Assembly (NCBI RefSeq): GCF_009914755.1
Contig: NC_060933.1
Source: the human T2T-CHM13v2.0 reference genome, Homo sapiens
Reading direction: 5' to 3' (one strand)
Length of the DNA stretch: 64,000 bases
The notes under the pieces are model-generated. The model had not been told where the DNA came from and did not search any database. It saw only the letters and a program-made list of their open reading frames with translations. A program made the position numbers and the translations under genes. The first letter of the stretch is position 1. Every line of letters begins with the position of its first letter. Of this stretch, positions 1 through 14,400 are shown in pieces.

Positions 1-3000
1 TCGATTGCAATGGAATGGAATAGAATGGAATGGAATGGAATGGAATGGAATGGAATTAAACCGAATAGAATGGAATGGAATGGAATGGAACGAAACGGAA
101 CGGAACGGAACCGAACGGAGTGGAATGGAATGGAATGGAATTGTATGGAATGGAATGGAATGGTACGGAATAGAATGGAATGGAAAGAATTGGAATGGAA
201 TGGAATCGAATGGAATGGAATGGAATCAACCCGAGTGCAGGGGAATGTAATGGAACGGAATGCAATGGAATGGAATCATCCGGAATGGAATGGAATGGAA
301 TGGAATGGAATGGAATCAATCCGAGTGCAATGGAATGGAGTGGAATGGAATGGAATGGAACGGAACAACCCGAATGGAATGGAATGTAATGGAGAGTAAG
401 GGAGTTGAATAGAATCAATCCGAATGTAATGGAATGGAATGGAACGGAATGGAATTGAATGGAATGGAATGGAATGCAATGGAATGGAATCAACCCGAGT
501 GCAATGGAATGGAGAGGAATGGAATGGAATGGAATGGAAACTACCCGAATGGAATGGAATGTAATGGAGTGTAAGGGAATTGAATAGAATCAATCCGAAT
601 GTAATGGAATGGAAGGGAATGGAATGGAATGGAATGGAATGGAATGCAATGGAATGGAATCAACCCGAGTGCAATCGAATGGAATCGAATGGAATGGAAT
701 GCAATGGAATGGATTCAACTTGAATGGAATGGAAAGAATGGAATCAACACGAGTGGAAGGGCATGGATTGGAATGGAATGGAATGGAATCAACCCGAGTA
801 CAGCGGAATGGAATGGAATGGAATGCAATGGAATGGAATCATCCGTAATGGAATGGAAAGGAATGGAATGGAATGGAATGGTATGGAATGGAATGGAATC
901 AACACGATTGCAATGGAATGGAATGGAATGGAATTAACCCGAATAGAATGGAATGGAATGGAACGGAACGGAATGGAATGGAATGGAATGGAATGGAATG
1001 GAACGGAACGGAATGGAATGGAATGGAATGGAATGGAATGGAATCAACGCGAGTGCAGGGGAATGGAATGGAATGGAATGCAATGGAATGGAATCTTCCG
1101 GAATGGAATGGAATGGAATGGAATGGAATGAAATGCAATGGATTCAACTCGATTGCAATGGAATGTAATAGAATGGGATGGAATGGAATGGAATGGAATT
1201 AACCCGAATAGAATGGAATGGAATGGAATGGAATGGAATGGAACGGAATGGAACGGAATGGAATGGAATGGAATGGAATGGTATGGAATGGAATGGAATG
1301 GTACGGAATAGAATGGAATGGAACGAATTGTAATGGAATGGAATTGAATGGAAAGGAATGGAATGGAATGGAATCAACGCGAGTGCAGGGGAATGTAATG
1401 GAACGGAATGCAATGGAATGGAATCATCTGGAATAGAATGGAACGGAATGAAATGGAATGGAATCATCCCGAGTGCAATGGAATGGAGTGGAATGGCATG
1501 GAATGGAATGGAACAACCCGAATGGAATGGAATGCAATGGAGAGTAAGGGAGTTGAATAGAATCAATCCGAATGTAATGGAATGGAATGCAACGGAATGG
1601 AATGGAATGGAATGCAATGGAATGGAATGGAATGGAATCCAAAGGAATGGAATCAACCCGAGTGGAATGGCATGGAATGGAATGCAATGGATTGGAATGG
1701 AATGGAATCAACTCGAGTGGAAAGGAATGGAATGGAATGGAAAGGAGTGGAATGAAGTCAACTCGAGTGGAATGGAATGGAATGGAATGGATTGGAATGG
1801 ATTGCAATGGAATGAAATGGAATGGAATGGAATGGAATCAATCATTCCGAGTGGAATGGAAGGGAATGTAATGGAGTGGAAAGAAGGGAATGGAATCAAC
1901 CCGAGTGGAATGCAAGGCAATTGAATGGAATGGAAAGGAATGGAATGGATTCAACTCGATTGCAATGGAATGGAATGGAATGGAATGGAATGGAATGGAA
2001 TGGAATTAACCGGAATAGAATGGAATGGATTGGAATGGAAGGGAATGGAATGAACACGAGTGCAGGGGAATGGAATGGAATGGAATGCAATGGAATGGAA
2101 TCATCCGCAATGGAATGGAATGGAATGCAATCAACTCCATTGCAATGGAATGGAATGGAATGGAATGGAATAGAATGGAATGGAATTAACCCGAATAGAA
2201 TGGAATGCAATAGAATGGAATGCAACGGAACCGAATGGAGTGGAATGGAATGGAATGGAATCAACCCGAGTACAGGGGAATGGAATGGAATGGAATGCAA
2301 TGGAATGGAGTCATCCGTAATGGAATGGAAAGGAATGGAATGGAATGGAATGGAATGGAATGGAATGGAATGGAATCAACTCGATGGCAATCGAATGGAA
2401 TGGAATGGAATTAACCCGAATAGAATGGAATGGAATGGAATGGAACGGAACGGAATGGAATGGAATGGAATGGAATGGAATGGAACGGAACGAAATGGAA
2501 TGGAATGGAATGGAATGGAATCAACGCGAGTGCAGGGGAATGGAATGGAATGGAATGTAATGGAATGGAATCATCCGGAATGGAATGGAATGGAATGGAA
2601 TGCAATGAAAGGCAATGGATTCAACTCGATTGCAATGGAATGGAATAGAATGGAATGGAATGGAATGGAATGGAATTGAATGGAAAGGAATGCCTTCAAA
2701 CCGAATGGAATGGAAAGGAATGGAATCAACACGAGTGGAAAGGAATGGAATGGAAAGGAATGGAATGGAATGGTACGGAATAGAATGGAATGGAACGAAC
2801 TGGAATGGAATGGAATGGAATGTAATGGAATGGAATCGTTCCGAGTGGAATAGGAGGGAATGTATTCGAGTGGAATGGAAAGGAATGGAATCAACCAGAG
2901 TGGAATGGAAGGGAATGGAATGGAATGGAAACTAATAGAATGGAATCAACCCGAGTGGAATGGAATGGAAAGGACTGGAATGGAATGGAATGGAATGGAA

Positions 3001-3455
3001 TGGAATGGAATCAACTCGATTGGAATGGAATGGAATGGAATGGAATGGAATGGAATGCAATGGAATGGAATTAACCCGAATAAAATGGAATGGAATGGAA
3101 TGGAACGCAATGGAGTGGAATGGAATGGAATCAACCCGAGTGCAGGGGAATGGAATGGAATGGAATGCAATGGAATGGAATCATCCGGAATGGAATGGAA
3201 TGGAATGGAATGCAAAGCAATGGAATCAACTCGATTGCAATGGAATGGAATGGAGTGGAAAGGAATAGAATGGAATCAACCCGAGTGTAATGGAATGGAA
3301 AGGACTGGAATGGAGTGGAATGGAATGGAATGGAATGGAATGGAATCAATTCGATTGGAATGGAATGGAATGGAATGGAATGGAATGGAATGCAATGGAA
3401 TGGAATCTTCCGGAATGGAATGGAATGGAATGGAATGGAATGCAATGGATTCAAC
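1..3455 (+). repeat. ~3.47-kb higher-order unit, copy 1 (may extend left of the window)
   Basis: The opening TCGATTGCAATGGAATGGAATAGAA...TTAAACCGAATAG recurs at 3456. Identical ORFs recur at offsets 3470-3490 (609/4079, 1218/4688, 2430/5910, 3090/6575). Confidence 0.93.
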
Positions 3456-6400
3456 TCGATTGCAATGGAATGGAATAGAATGGAATGGAATGGAATGGAA
3501 TGGAATGGAATGGAATTAAACCGAATAGAATGGAATGGAATGGAATGGAACGGAACGGAACGGAACGGAACCGAACGGAGTGGAATGGAATGGAATGGAA
3601 TTGTATGGAATGGAATGGAATGGTACGGAATAGAATGGAATGGAAAGAATTGGAATGGAATGGAATCGAATGGAATGGAATGGAATGGAATGGAATCAAC
3701 CCGAGTGCAGGGGAATGTAATGGAACGGAATGCAATGGAATGGAATCATCCGGAATGGAATGGAATGGAATGGAATGGAATGGAATCAATCCGAGTGCAA
3801 TGGAATGGAGTGGAATGGAATGGAATGGAACGGAACAACCCGAATGGAATGGAATGTAATGGAGAGTAAGGGAGTTGAATAGAATCAATCCGAATGTAAT
3901 GGAATGGAATGGAACGGAATGGAATTGAATGGAATGGAATGGAATGCAATGGAATGGAATCAACCCGAGTGCAATGGAATGGAGAGGAATGGAATGGAAT
4001 GGAATGGAAACTACCCGAATGGAATGGAATGTAATGGAGTGTAAGGGAATTGAATAGAATCAATCCGAATGTAATGGAATGGAAGGGAATGGAATGGAAT
4101 GGAATGGAATGGAATGCAATGGAATGGAATCAACCCGAGTGCAATCGAATGGAATCGAATGGAATGGAATGCAATGGAATGGATTCAACTTGAATGGAAT
4201 GGAAAGAATGGAATCAACACGAGTGGAAGGGCATGGATTGGAATGGAATGGAATGGAATCAACCCGAGTACAGCGGAATGGAATGGAATGGAATGCAATG
4301 GAATGGAATCATCCGTAATGGAATGGAAAGGAATGGAATGGAATGGAATGGTATGGAATGGAATGGAATCAACACGATTGCAATGGAATGGAATGGAATG
4401 GAATTAACCCGAATAGAATGGAATGGAATGGAACGGAACGGAATGGAATGGAATGGAATGGAATGGAATGGAACGGAACGGAATGGAATGGAATGGAATG
4501 GAATGGAATGGAATCAACGCGAGTGCAGGGGAATGGAATGGAATGGAATGCAATGGAATGGAATCTTCCGGAATGGAATGGAATGGAATGGAATGGAATG
4601 AAATGCAATGGATTCAACTCGATTGCAATGGAATGTAATAGAATGGGATGGAATGGAATGGAATGGAATTAACCCGAATAGAATGGAATGGAATGGAATG
4701 GAATGGAATGGAACGGAATGGAACGGAATGGAATGGAATGGAATGGAATGGTATGGAATGGAATGGAATGGTACGGAATAGAATGGAATGGAACGAATTG
4801 TAATGGAATGGAATTGAATGGAAAGGAATGGAATGGAATGGAATCAACGCGAGTGCAGGGGAATGTAATGGAACGGAATGCAATGGAATGGAATCATCTG
4901 GAATAGAATGGAACGGAATGAAATGGAACGGAATCAACCCGAGTGCAATGGAATGGAGTGGAATGGCATGGAATGGAATGGAACAACCCGAATGGAATGG
5001 AATGCAATGGAGAGTAAGGGAGTTGAATAGAATCAATCCGAATGTAATGGAATGGAATGCAACGGAATGGAATGGAATGGAATGCAATGGAATGGAATGG
5101 AATGGAATGGAATCCAAAGGAATGGAATCAACCCGAGTGGAATGGCATGGAATGGAATGCAATGGATTGGAATGGAATGGAATCAACTCGAGTGGAAAGG
5201 AATGGAATGGAATGGAAAGGAGTGGAATGAAGTCAACTCGAGTGGAATGGAATGGAATGGAATGGATTGGAATGGATTGCAATGGAATGAAATGGAATGG
5301 AATGGAATGGAATCAATCATTCCGAGTGGAATGGAAGGGAATGTAATGGAGTGGAAAGAAGGGAATGGAATCAACCCGAGTGGAATGCAAGGCAATTGAA
5401 TGGAATGGAAAAGAATGGAATGGATTGAACTCGATTGCAATGGAATGGAATGGAATGGAATGGAATGGAATGGAATGGAATTAACCGGAATAGAATGGAA
5501 TGGAATGGAATGGAAGGGAATGGAATGAACACGAGTGCAGGGGAATGGAATGGAATGGAATGCAATGGAATGGAATCATCCGCAATGGAATGGAATGGAA
5601 TGCAATCAACTCCATTGCAATGGAATGGAATGGAATGGAATGGAATAGAATGGAATGGAATTAACCCGAATAGAATGGAATGCAATAGAATGGAATGCAA
5701 CGGAACCGAATGGAGTGGAATGGAATGGAATGGAATCAACCCGAGTACAGGGGAATGGAATGGAATGGAATGCAATGGAATGGAGTCATCCGTAATGGAA
5801 TGGAAAGGAATGGAATGGAATGGAATGGAATGGAATGGAATGGAATGGAATGGAATCAACTCGATGGCAATCGAATGGAATGGAATGGAATTAACCCGAA
5901 TAGAATGGAATGGAATGGAATGGAACGGAACGGAATGGAATGGAATGGAATGGAATGGAATGGAACGGAACGAAATGGAATGGAATGGAATGGAATGGAA
6001 TCAACGCGAGTGCAGGGGAATGGAATGGAATGGAATGTAATGGAATGGAATCATCCGGAATGGAATGGAATGGAATGGAATGCAATGAAAGGCAATGGAT
6101 TCAACTCGATTGCAATGGAATGGAATAGAATGGAATGGAATGGAATGGAATGGAATTGAATGGAAAGGAATGCCTTCAAACCGAATGGAATGGAAAGGAA
6201 TGGAATCAACACGAGTGGAAAGGAATGGAATGGAAAGGAATGGAATGGAATGGTACGGAATAGAATGGAATGGAACGAACTGGAATGGAATGGAATGGAA
6301 TGTAATGGAATGGAATGGAATGGAATCGTTCCGAGTGGAATAGGAGGGAATGTATTCGAGTGGAATGGAAAGGAATGGAATCAACCAGAGTGGAATGGAA

Positions 6401-6870
6401 GGGAATGGAATGGAAGGGAAACTAATAGAATGGAATCAACCCGAGTGGAATGGAATGGAAAGGACTGGAATGGAATGGAATGGAATGGAATGGAATGGAA
6501 TCAACTCGATTGGAATGGAATGGAATGGAATGGAATGGAATGCAATGGAATGGAATTAACCCGAATAAAATGGAATGGAATGGAATGGAACGCAATGGAG
6601 TGGAATGGAATGGAATCAACCCGAGTGCAGGGGAATGGAATGGAATGGAATGCAATGGAATGGAATCATCCGGAATGGAATGGAATGGAATGGAATGCAA
6701 AGCAATGGAATCAACTCGATTGCAATGGAATGGAATGGAGTGGAAAGGAATAGAATGGAATCAACCCGAGTGTAATGGAATGGAAAGGACTGGAATGGAG
6801 TGGAATGGAATGGAATGGAATGGAATGGAATCAATTCGATTGGAATGGAATGGAATGGAATGGAATGGAA
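3456..6870 (+). repeat. ~3.47-kb higher-order unit, copy 2
   Basis: Same marker order as 1-3455 (GTACAGCGG, TCATCTGGAATAG, CCAAAGG, GCCTTCAAACCG, TCAATTCGAT). Colinearity ends near 6870, where TTAACCCGAA replaces TGCAATGGAATGGAATCTTCC. Confidence 0.92.
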
Positions 6871-7229
6871 TTAACCCGAATAGAATGGAATGGAATGGAA
6901 TGGAACGGAACGGAATGGAATGGAATGGAATGGAATGGAATGGAGTGGAATGGAATGGAATCAACCCGACTGCAGGGGAATGGAATGGAATGGAATGGAA
7001 TGGAATCATCCGGAACGGAATGGAATGGAATGGAATGGAATCAACTCGATTGCAATGGAATGGAATGGAATGGAATGGAATGGAATGGAATGGAATGGAA
7101 TGGAATGCAATGGAATTCACCCGAATAGAATGGAATGGAATGGAATGGAAAGGAATGGAAGGGAAGGAAATGGAATGTAATCAACCCGAATGCAGGGGAA
7201 TGGAATGGAATGGAATGCAATGGAATGGA

Positions 7230-10200
7230 ATCATCCGGAATGGAATGGAATGGAATGGAATGGAATGGAATGGAATGGTATCTACCCGAGTGCAGGGGAA
7301 TGTAATGGAACGGAATGCAATGGAATGGAATCATCCGGAATGGAATGGAATGGAATCAACCCAAGTGCAATGGAATGGAGTCGAATGGAATGGAATGGAA
7401 TGGAACAACCCGAATGGAATGGAATGTAATGGAGAGTAAGGGAGTTGAATAGAATCAATCCGAATGTAATGGAATGGAATGCAATGGAATAGAATGGAAT
7501 GGAATGCAATGGAATGCAATGGAATGGAATGCAAAGGAATGGAATCAACCCGAGTGGAATGGCATGGAATGGAATGCAATGGATTGGAATGGAATGGAAT
7601 CAACTCGAGAGGAAGGGAATGGAATGGAATGGAAAGGAATGGAATGAAGTCAACTCGAGTGGAATGGAATGGAATGGAATGGATTAGAAAGAATTGCAAT
7701 GGAACGAAATGGAATGGAATGGAATGGAATAAATCATTCCGAGTGGAGTGGAAGGGAATGTAATGGAGTAGAAAGAAGGGAATGGAATCAACCCGAGTGG
7801 AATGCAAGGCAATGGAATGGAATGGAAAGGAATGGACTGGAATCAACTCGATTGCAATGGAATGGAATGGAATGGAATGGAATGGAATGGAATTAACCGG
7901 AATAGAATGGAATGGAATGGAATGGAATGGAAGGGAATAGAATCAACACGAGTGCAGGGGAATGGAATGGAATGGAATGCAATGGAATGGAATCATCAGG
8001 AATGGAATGGAATGGAATGGAATCAACTCCATTGCAATGGAATGGAATGGAATGGAATGGAATGGAATGGAATGGAATGGAATGGAATCGTTCCGAGTGG
8101 AATAGGAGGGAATGTATTCGAGTGGAATGGAAAGGAATGGAATCAACCAGAGTGGAATGGAAGGGAATGGAATGGAATGGAAACTAATAGAATGGAATCA
8201 ACCCGAGTGGAATGGAATGGAAAGGACTGGAATGGAATGGAATGGAATGGAATGGAATGGAATCAACTCGATTGTAATAGAATGGAATGGAATGGAATGG
8301 AATGGAATGGAATTAACCCGAATACAATGGAATGGAATGGAATGGAACGGAATGGAGTGGAATGGAATGGAATCAACCCGAGTGCAGGGGAATGGAATGG
8401 AATGGAATGCAATGGAATGGAATCATCCGGAATGGAATGGAATGGAATGGAATGCAAAGCAATGGAATCAACTCGATTGCAATGGAATGGAATGGAATGG
8501 AAAGGAATAGAATGGAATCAACCCGAGTGTAATGGAATGGAAAGGACTGGAATGGAGTGGAATGGAATGGAATGGATTGGAATGGAATCAACTCGATTGG
8601 AATGGAATGGAATGGAATGGAATGGAATGGAATGGAATGGAATGGAATTAACCCGAACAGAATGGAAAGGAATGGAATGGAACGGAATGGAATGGAATGG
8701 AATGGAATGGAATGGAATGGAATGGAATCAACCCGACTGCAGGGGAATGGAATGGAATGGAATGGAATGTAATGGACTGGAATCATCCGGAAAGGAATAG
8801 AAGGGAATGGAATGCAATCAACTCGACTGCAATGTAATGGAATGGAATGGAATGGAATCGAATGGAATGGAATGGAATTAACCGGAATAGAATGGAATGG
8901 TATGGAATGGAACGGAATGGAATGGAATGGAATGGAATGGAATGGAATGGAATGGAATGGAATCATCCCGAGTGCAGGGGAATGGAATGGAATGGAATGC
9001 AATGGAATGGAATCATCCGGAATGGAATGGAATGGAATGGAATGCAATCAACCTGATGAAATGGAATGGAGTGGAATGGAATGGAATGGAATGGAAACAT
9101 CCCGAATGGAATGAAATGTAATGGAGTGTAAGGGAATTGAATAGAATCATTCCGAATGTAACGGAATGGAATGGAATGAAATAGAATGGAATGGAATGGA
9201 ATGGAATCAACCCGAGGGCAATGGAATGGATTCGAATGGAATGGAATGGAATGGAATGGATTCAACAAGAATGGAATGGAAAGGAATGGAATCAACCCGA
9301 GTGTAATGGCATGGAATGGAACGGAATGGAATGGGATGGAATGGAATGGGACGGAATAGAATGGAATGGAATGAAATGGAATGGAATTGAATGGAATGGA
9401 ATGGAATGGAATGGAATGAAGCCGTGTGCAATGGAATAGAATGGAGTGGAATGGAATGGATTCTACTCGAATGGAATCCACTCGATTGCAATGGAATGGA
9501 ATGGAATTGAAAGGAATAGAATGGAATCAACCCGAGTGGAATGGAATGGAAAGGACTGGAATGGAGTGGAATGGAATGGAATGGAATTAACCCAAATAGA
9601 ATGAAATGGAACGGAATGGAATGGAATGTAATGGAATGGAATGGAATGGAATCAACCCGAGTGCAGGGGAATGGAATGGAATGGAATGCAATGGAATGGA
9701 ATCATCAAGAATGGAATGGAATGGAATGGAATGGAATTGAATGGAATGGAATCAACTCGATTTCAATGGAATGGAATGGAATAGAATGGAACGGAATTAA
9801 CACGAATAGAATGGAATGGAATGGAATGGAATGGAACAGAAAGGAATGGAATGGAATGGAATGGAATCAACCCAAGTGCAGGGGAATGGAGTGGAATGGA
9901 ATTCAATGGAATGGAATCATCCGGAATGGAATGGAATGGAATGGAATGGAATGGAATGGAATGGAATCAACCCGAGTGCAATGGAATGGAGAGGAATGGA
10001 ATGGAATGGAATGGAAACTACACGAATGGAATGGAATGTAATGGAGTGTACGGGAATTGAATAGAATGAATCCGAATGGAATGGAATGGAATGGAATGGA
10101 AAGGAATGGAATGGAATGGAATGGAATGGAATGGAATGGAATGGAATGCAATGCCATGGAATCAACCCGAGTGCAATCGAATGGAATCGAATGGAATGGA

Positions 10201-11410
10201 ATGCAATGGAATGGATTCAACTTGAATGGAATGGAAAGAATGGAATCAACACGAGTGGAATGGCATGGATAGGAATGGAATGGAATGGAATCAACCCGAG
10301 TACAGGGGAATGGAATGGAATGGAATGAAATGGAATGGAATCATCCATAATGTAATGGAAAGGAATGGAATGGAATGGAATGGAATGGAATGGAATGGAA
10401 TGGAATGGAATGGAATGGAATGGAATCAACTCGATTGCAAATGAATGGAATGGAATGGAATTAACCCGAATAGAATGGAATGGAATGGAATGGAATGGAA
10501 CGGAACGGAATGGAAAGGAATGGAATGGAATGGAACGGATCGGAATGGAATGGAATGGAATGGAATGGAATGGAATGGAATGGAATGGAATCAACGCGAG
10601 TGCAGGGGAATGGAATGGAATGGAATGCAATGGAATGGAAACTTCCGGAATGGAACGGAATGGAATGGAATAGAATGGAATGGAATGGAATGGAATGGAA
10701 TCAACCCGAGTACAGGGGAATGGAATGGAATGGAATGCAATGGAATCGAATCATCCGTAATGGAATGGAAAGGAATGGAATGGAATGGAATAGAATGGAA
10801 TGGAATGGAATGGAATGGAATGGAATCAACTCGATTGCAATCGAATGGAATGGAATGGAATTAACCCGAATAGAATGGAATGGAATGGAATGGAACGGAA
10901 GGGAACGGAATGCAATGGAATGGAATGGAATGGAATGGAATGGAATGGAATCAACGCGAGTGCAGGGGAATGGAATGGAATGGAAAGCAATGGAATGGAA
11001 TCTTCCGGAATGGAATGGAATGGAATGGAATGGAATGGAATGGAATGGAATAAACCCGAGTGCAATGGAATGGAGTGGAATGGAATGGAATGGAATGGAA
11101 CAACCCGAATGGAATGGAATGTAATGGAGAGTAAGGGAGTTGAATAGAATCAATCCGAATGTAATGGAATGGAATGGAACGGAATGGAATTGAATGGAAT
11201 GGAATGGAATGCAATGGAATGGAATCAACCCGAGTGCAATGGAATGGAGAGGAATGGATTGGAATGGAATGGAAACTACCCGAATGGAATGGAATGTAAT
11301 GGAGTGTAAGGGAATTGAATAGAATCAATCCGAATGTAAAGGAATGGAATGGAACGGAATGGAATGGAATGGAATGGAATGGAATGGAATGGAATGGAAT
11401 GCAATGGAAT
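7230..11410 (+). repeat. ~4.18-kb higher-order unit, copy 1
   Basis: The rare marker TCTACCCGAG occurs at 7281 and 11460, and CGAATGTAAAGG at 11331 and 15510 (offset 4179 each). Internal ORF offsets are 4134-4199. Confidence 0.85.
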
Positions 11411-14400
11411 GGAATCATCCGGAATGGAATGGAATGGAATGGAATGGAATGGAATGGTATCTACCCGAGTGCAGGGGAATGTAATGGAACGGAATGCAAT
11501 GGAATGGAATCATCCGGAATGGAATGGAATGGAATGGAATGGAATGGAATGGAATCAACCCAAGTGCAATGGAATGGAGTGGAATGCAATGGAATGGAAT
11601 GGAACAACCCGAATGGAATGGAATGTAATGGAGAGTAAGGGAGTTGAATAGAATCAATCCGAATGTAATGGAATGGAATGCAACGTAATAGAATGGAATG
11701 GAATGCAATGGAATGGAATGGAATGGAATGCAAAGGAATGGAATTAACCCGAGTGGAATGGCATGGAATGGAATGCAATGGATTGGAATGCAATGGAATC
11801 AACTCGAGTGGAAGGGAATGGAATGGAATAGAAAGGAATGGAATGAAGTCAACTCGAGTGGAATGGAATGGAATGGAATGGATTGGAATGGATTGCAATG
11901 GAATGAAATGGAATGGAATGGAATGGAATCAATCATTCCGATTGGAGTGGAAGGGAATGTAATGGAGTAGAAAGAAGGGAATGGAATCAACCTGAATGGA
12001 ATGCAAGGCAATGGAATGGAATGGAAAGGAATGGACTGGAACCAACTCGATTGCAATGGAATGGAATGGAATGGAATGGAATGGAATGGAATTAACCGGA
12101 ATAGAATGGAATGGAATGGAATGGAATGGAAGGGAATGGAATCAACACGAGTGCAGGGGAATGGAATGGAATGGAATGCAATGGAATGGAATCATCCGGA
12201 ATGGAATGGAATGGAATGGAATCAACTCCATTGCAATGGAATGGAATGGAATGGAATGGAATGGAATGGAATGGAATCGTTCCGAGTGGAATAGGAGGGA
12301 ATGTATTCGAGTGGAATGGAAGGGAATGGAATCAACCAGAGTGGAATGGAAGGGAATGGAATGGAATGCAAACTAATAGAATGGAATCAACCCGAGTGGA
12401 ATGGAATGGAAAGGACTGGAATGGAATGGAATGGAATGGAATGGAATGGAATCAACTCGATTGTAATAGAATGGAATGGAATGGAATGGAATGGAATGGA
12501 ATGGAATTAACCCGAATACAATGGAATGGAATGGAATGGAACGGAATGGAGTGGAATGGAATGGAATAAACCCGAGTGCAGGGGAATGGAATGGAATGGA
12601 ATGCAATGGAATGGAATCATCCGGAATGGAATGGAATGGAATGGAATGCAAAGCAATGGAATCAACTCGATTGCAATGGAATGGAATGGAATGGAAAGGA
12701 ATAGAATGGAATCAACCCGAGTGTAATGGAATGGAAAGGACTGGAATGGAGTGGAATGGAATGGAATGGATTGGAATGGAATCAACTCGATTGGAATGGA
12801 ATGGAATGGAATGGAATGGAATGGAATGGAATGGAATTAACCCGAATAGAATGGAAAGGAATGGAATGGAACGGAATGGAATGGAATGGAATGGAATGGA
12901 ATGGAATGGAATGGAATGGACTGGAATCATCCGGAACGGAATAGAATGGAATGGAATGCAATCAGCTCGACTGCAATGTAATGGAATGGAATGGAATGGA
13001 ATCGAATGGAATGGAATGGAATTAACCGGAATAGAATGGAATGGAATGGAATGGAACGGAATGGAATGGAATGGAATGGAATGGAATGGAATGGAATCAA
13101 CCCGAGTGCAGGGGAATGGAATGGAATGGAATGCAATGGAATGGAATCATCCGGAATGGAATAGAATGGAATGGAATGCAATCAACCTGATGAAATGGAA
13201 TGGAGTGGAATGGAATGGAATGGAATGGAAACATCCCGAATGGAATGAAATGTAATGGAGTGTAAGGGAATTGAATAGAATCAATCTGAATGTAACGGAA
13301 TGGAATGGAATGAAATAGAATGGAATGGAATGGAATGGAATCAACCCGAGGGCAATGGAATGGATTCGAATGGAATGGAATGGAATGGAATGGATTCAAC
13401 AAGAATGGAATGGAAAGGAATGGAATCAACCCGAGTGTAATGGCATGGAATGGAACGGAATGGAATGGGATGGAATGGAATGGTACGGAATAGAATGGAA
13501 TGGAATGAAATGGAATGGAATGGAATGGAATGGAATGGAATGGAATGGAATGAAGCCGTGTGCAATGGAATGGAATGGAGTGGAATGGAATGGATTCAAC
13601 TCGAATGGAATCCACTCGATTGCAATGGAATGGAATGGAATTGAAAGGAATAGAATGGAATCAACCCGAGTATAATGGAATGGAAAGGACTGGAATGGAG
13701 TGGAGTGGAATGGAATGGAATTAACCCGAATAGAATGAAATGGAACGGAATGGAATGGAATGTAATGGAATGTAATGGAATGGAATCAACCCGAGTGCAG
13801 GGGAATGGAATGGAATGGAATGCAATGGAATGGAATCATCCGGAATGGAATGGAATGGAGTGGAATGGAATGGAATGGAATTGAATGGAATGGAATCAAC
13901 TCGATTTCAATGGAATGGAATGGAATAGAATGGAACGGAATTAACACGAATAGAATGGAATGGAATGGAATGGAATGGAACAGAAAGGAATGGAATGGAA
14001 TGGAATGGAATCAACCCAAGTGCAGGGGAATGGAGTGGAATGGAATTCAATGGAATGGAATCATCCGGAATGGAATGGAATGGAATGGAATGGAATGGAA
14101 TTGAATGGAATGGAATGGAATCAACCCGAGTGCAATGGAATGGAGAGGAATGGAATGGAATGGAATGGAAACTACCCTAATGGAATGGAATGTAATGGAG
14201 TGTACGGGAATTGAATAGAATGAATCCGAATGTAATGGAATGGAATGGAATGGAAAGGAATGGAATGGAATGGAATGGAATGGAATGGAATGGAATGGAA
14301 TGGAATGCAATGCCATGGAATCAACCCGAGTGCAATCGAATGGAATCGAATGGAATGGAATGCAATGGAATGGATTCAACTTGAATGGAATGGAAAGAAT

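Noticed and set aside
392-427. GAGAGTAAGGGAGTTGAATAGAATCAATCCGAATGT as a foreign insert, splice donor or DUX4 site
   Set aside because: It parses as in-phase degenerate pentamers, recurs throughout the array, and matches the DUX4 consensus TAAYYYAATCA poorly. There is no exon context.
1-6870. Identification of the 3.47-kb unit as Y-chromosome DYZ1
   Set aside because: Only the length is similar. No diagnostic match can be shown by eye and the period does not persist, so a database alignment is needed.
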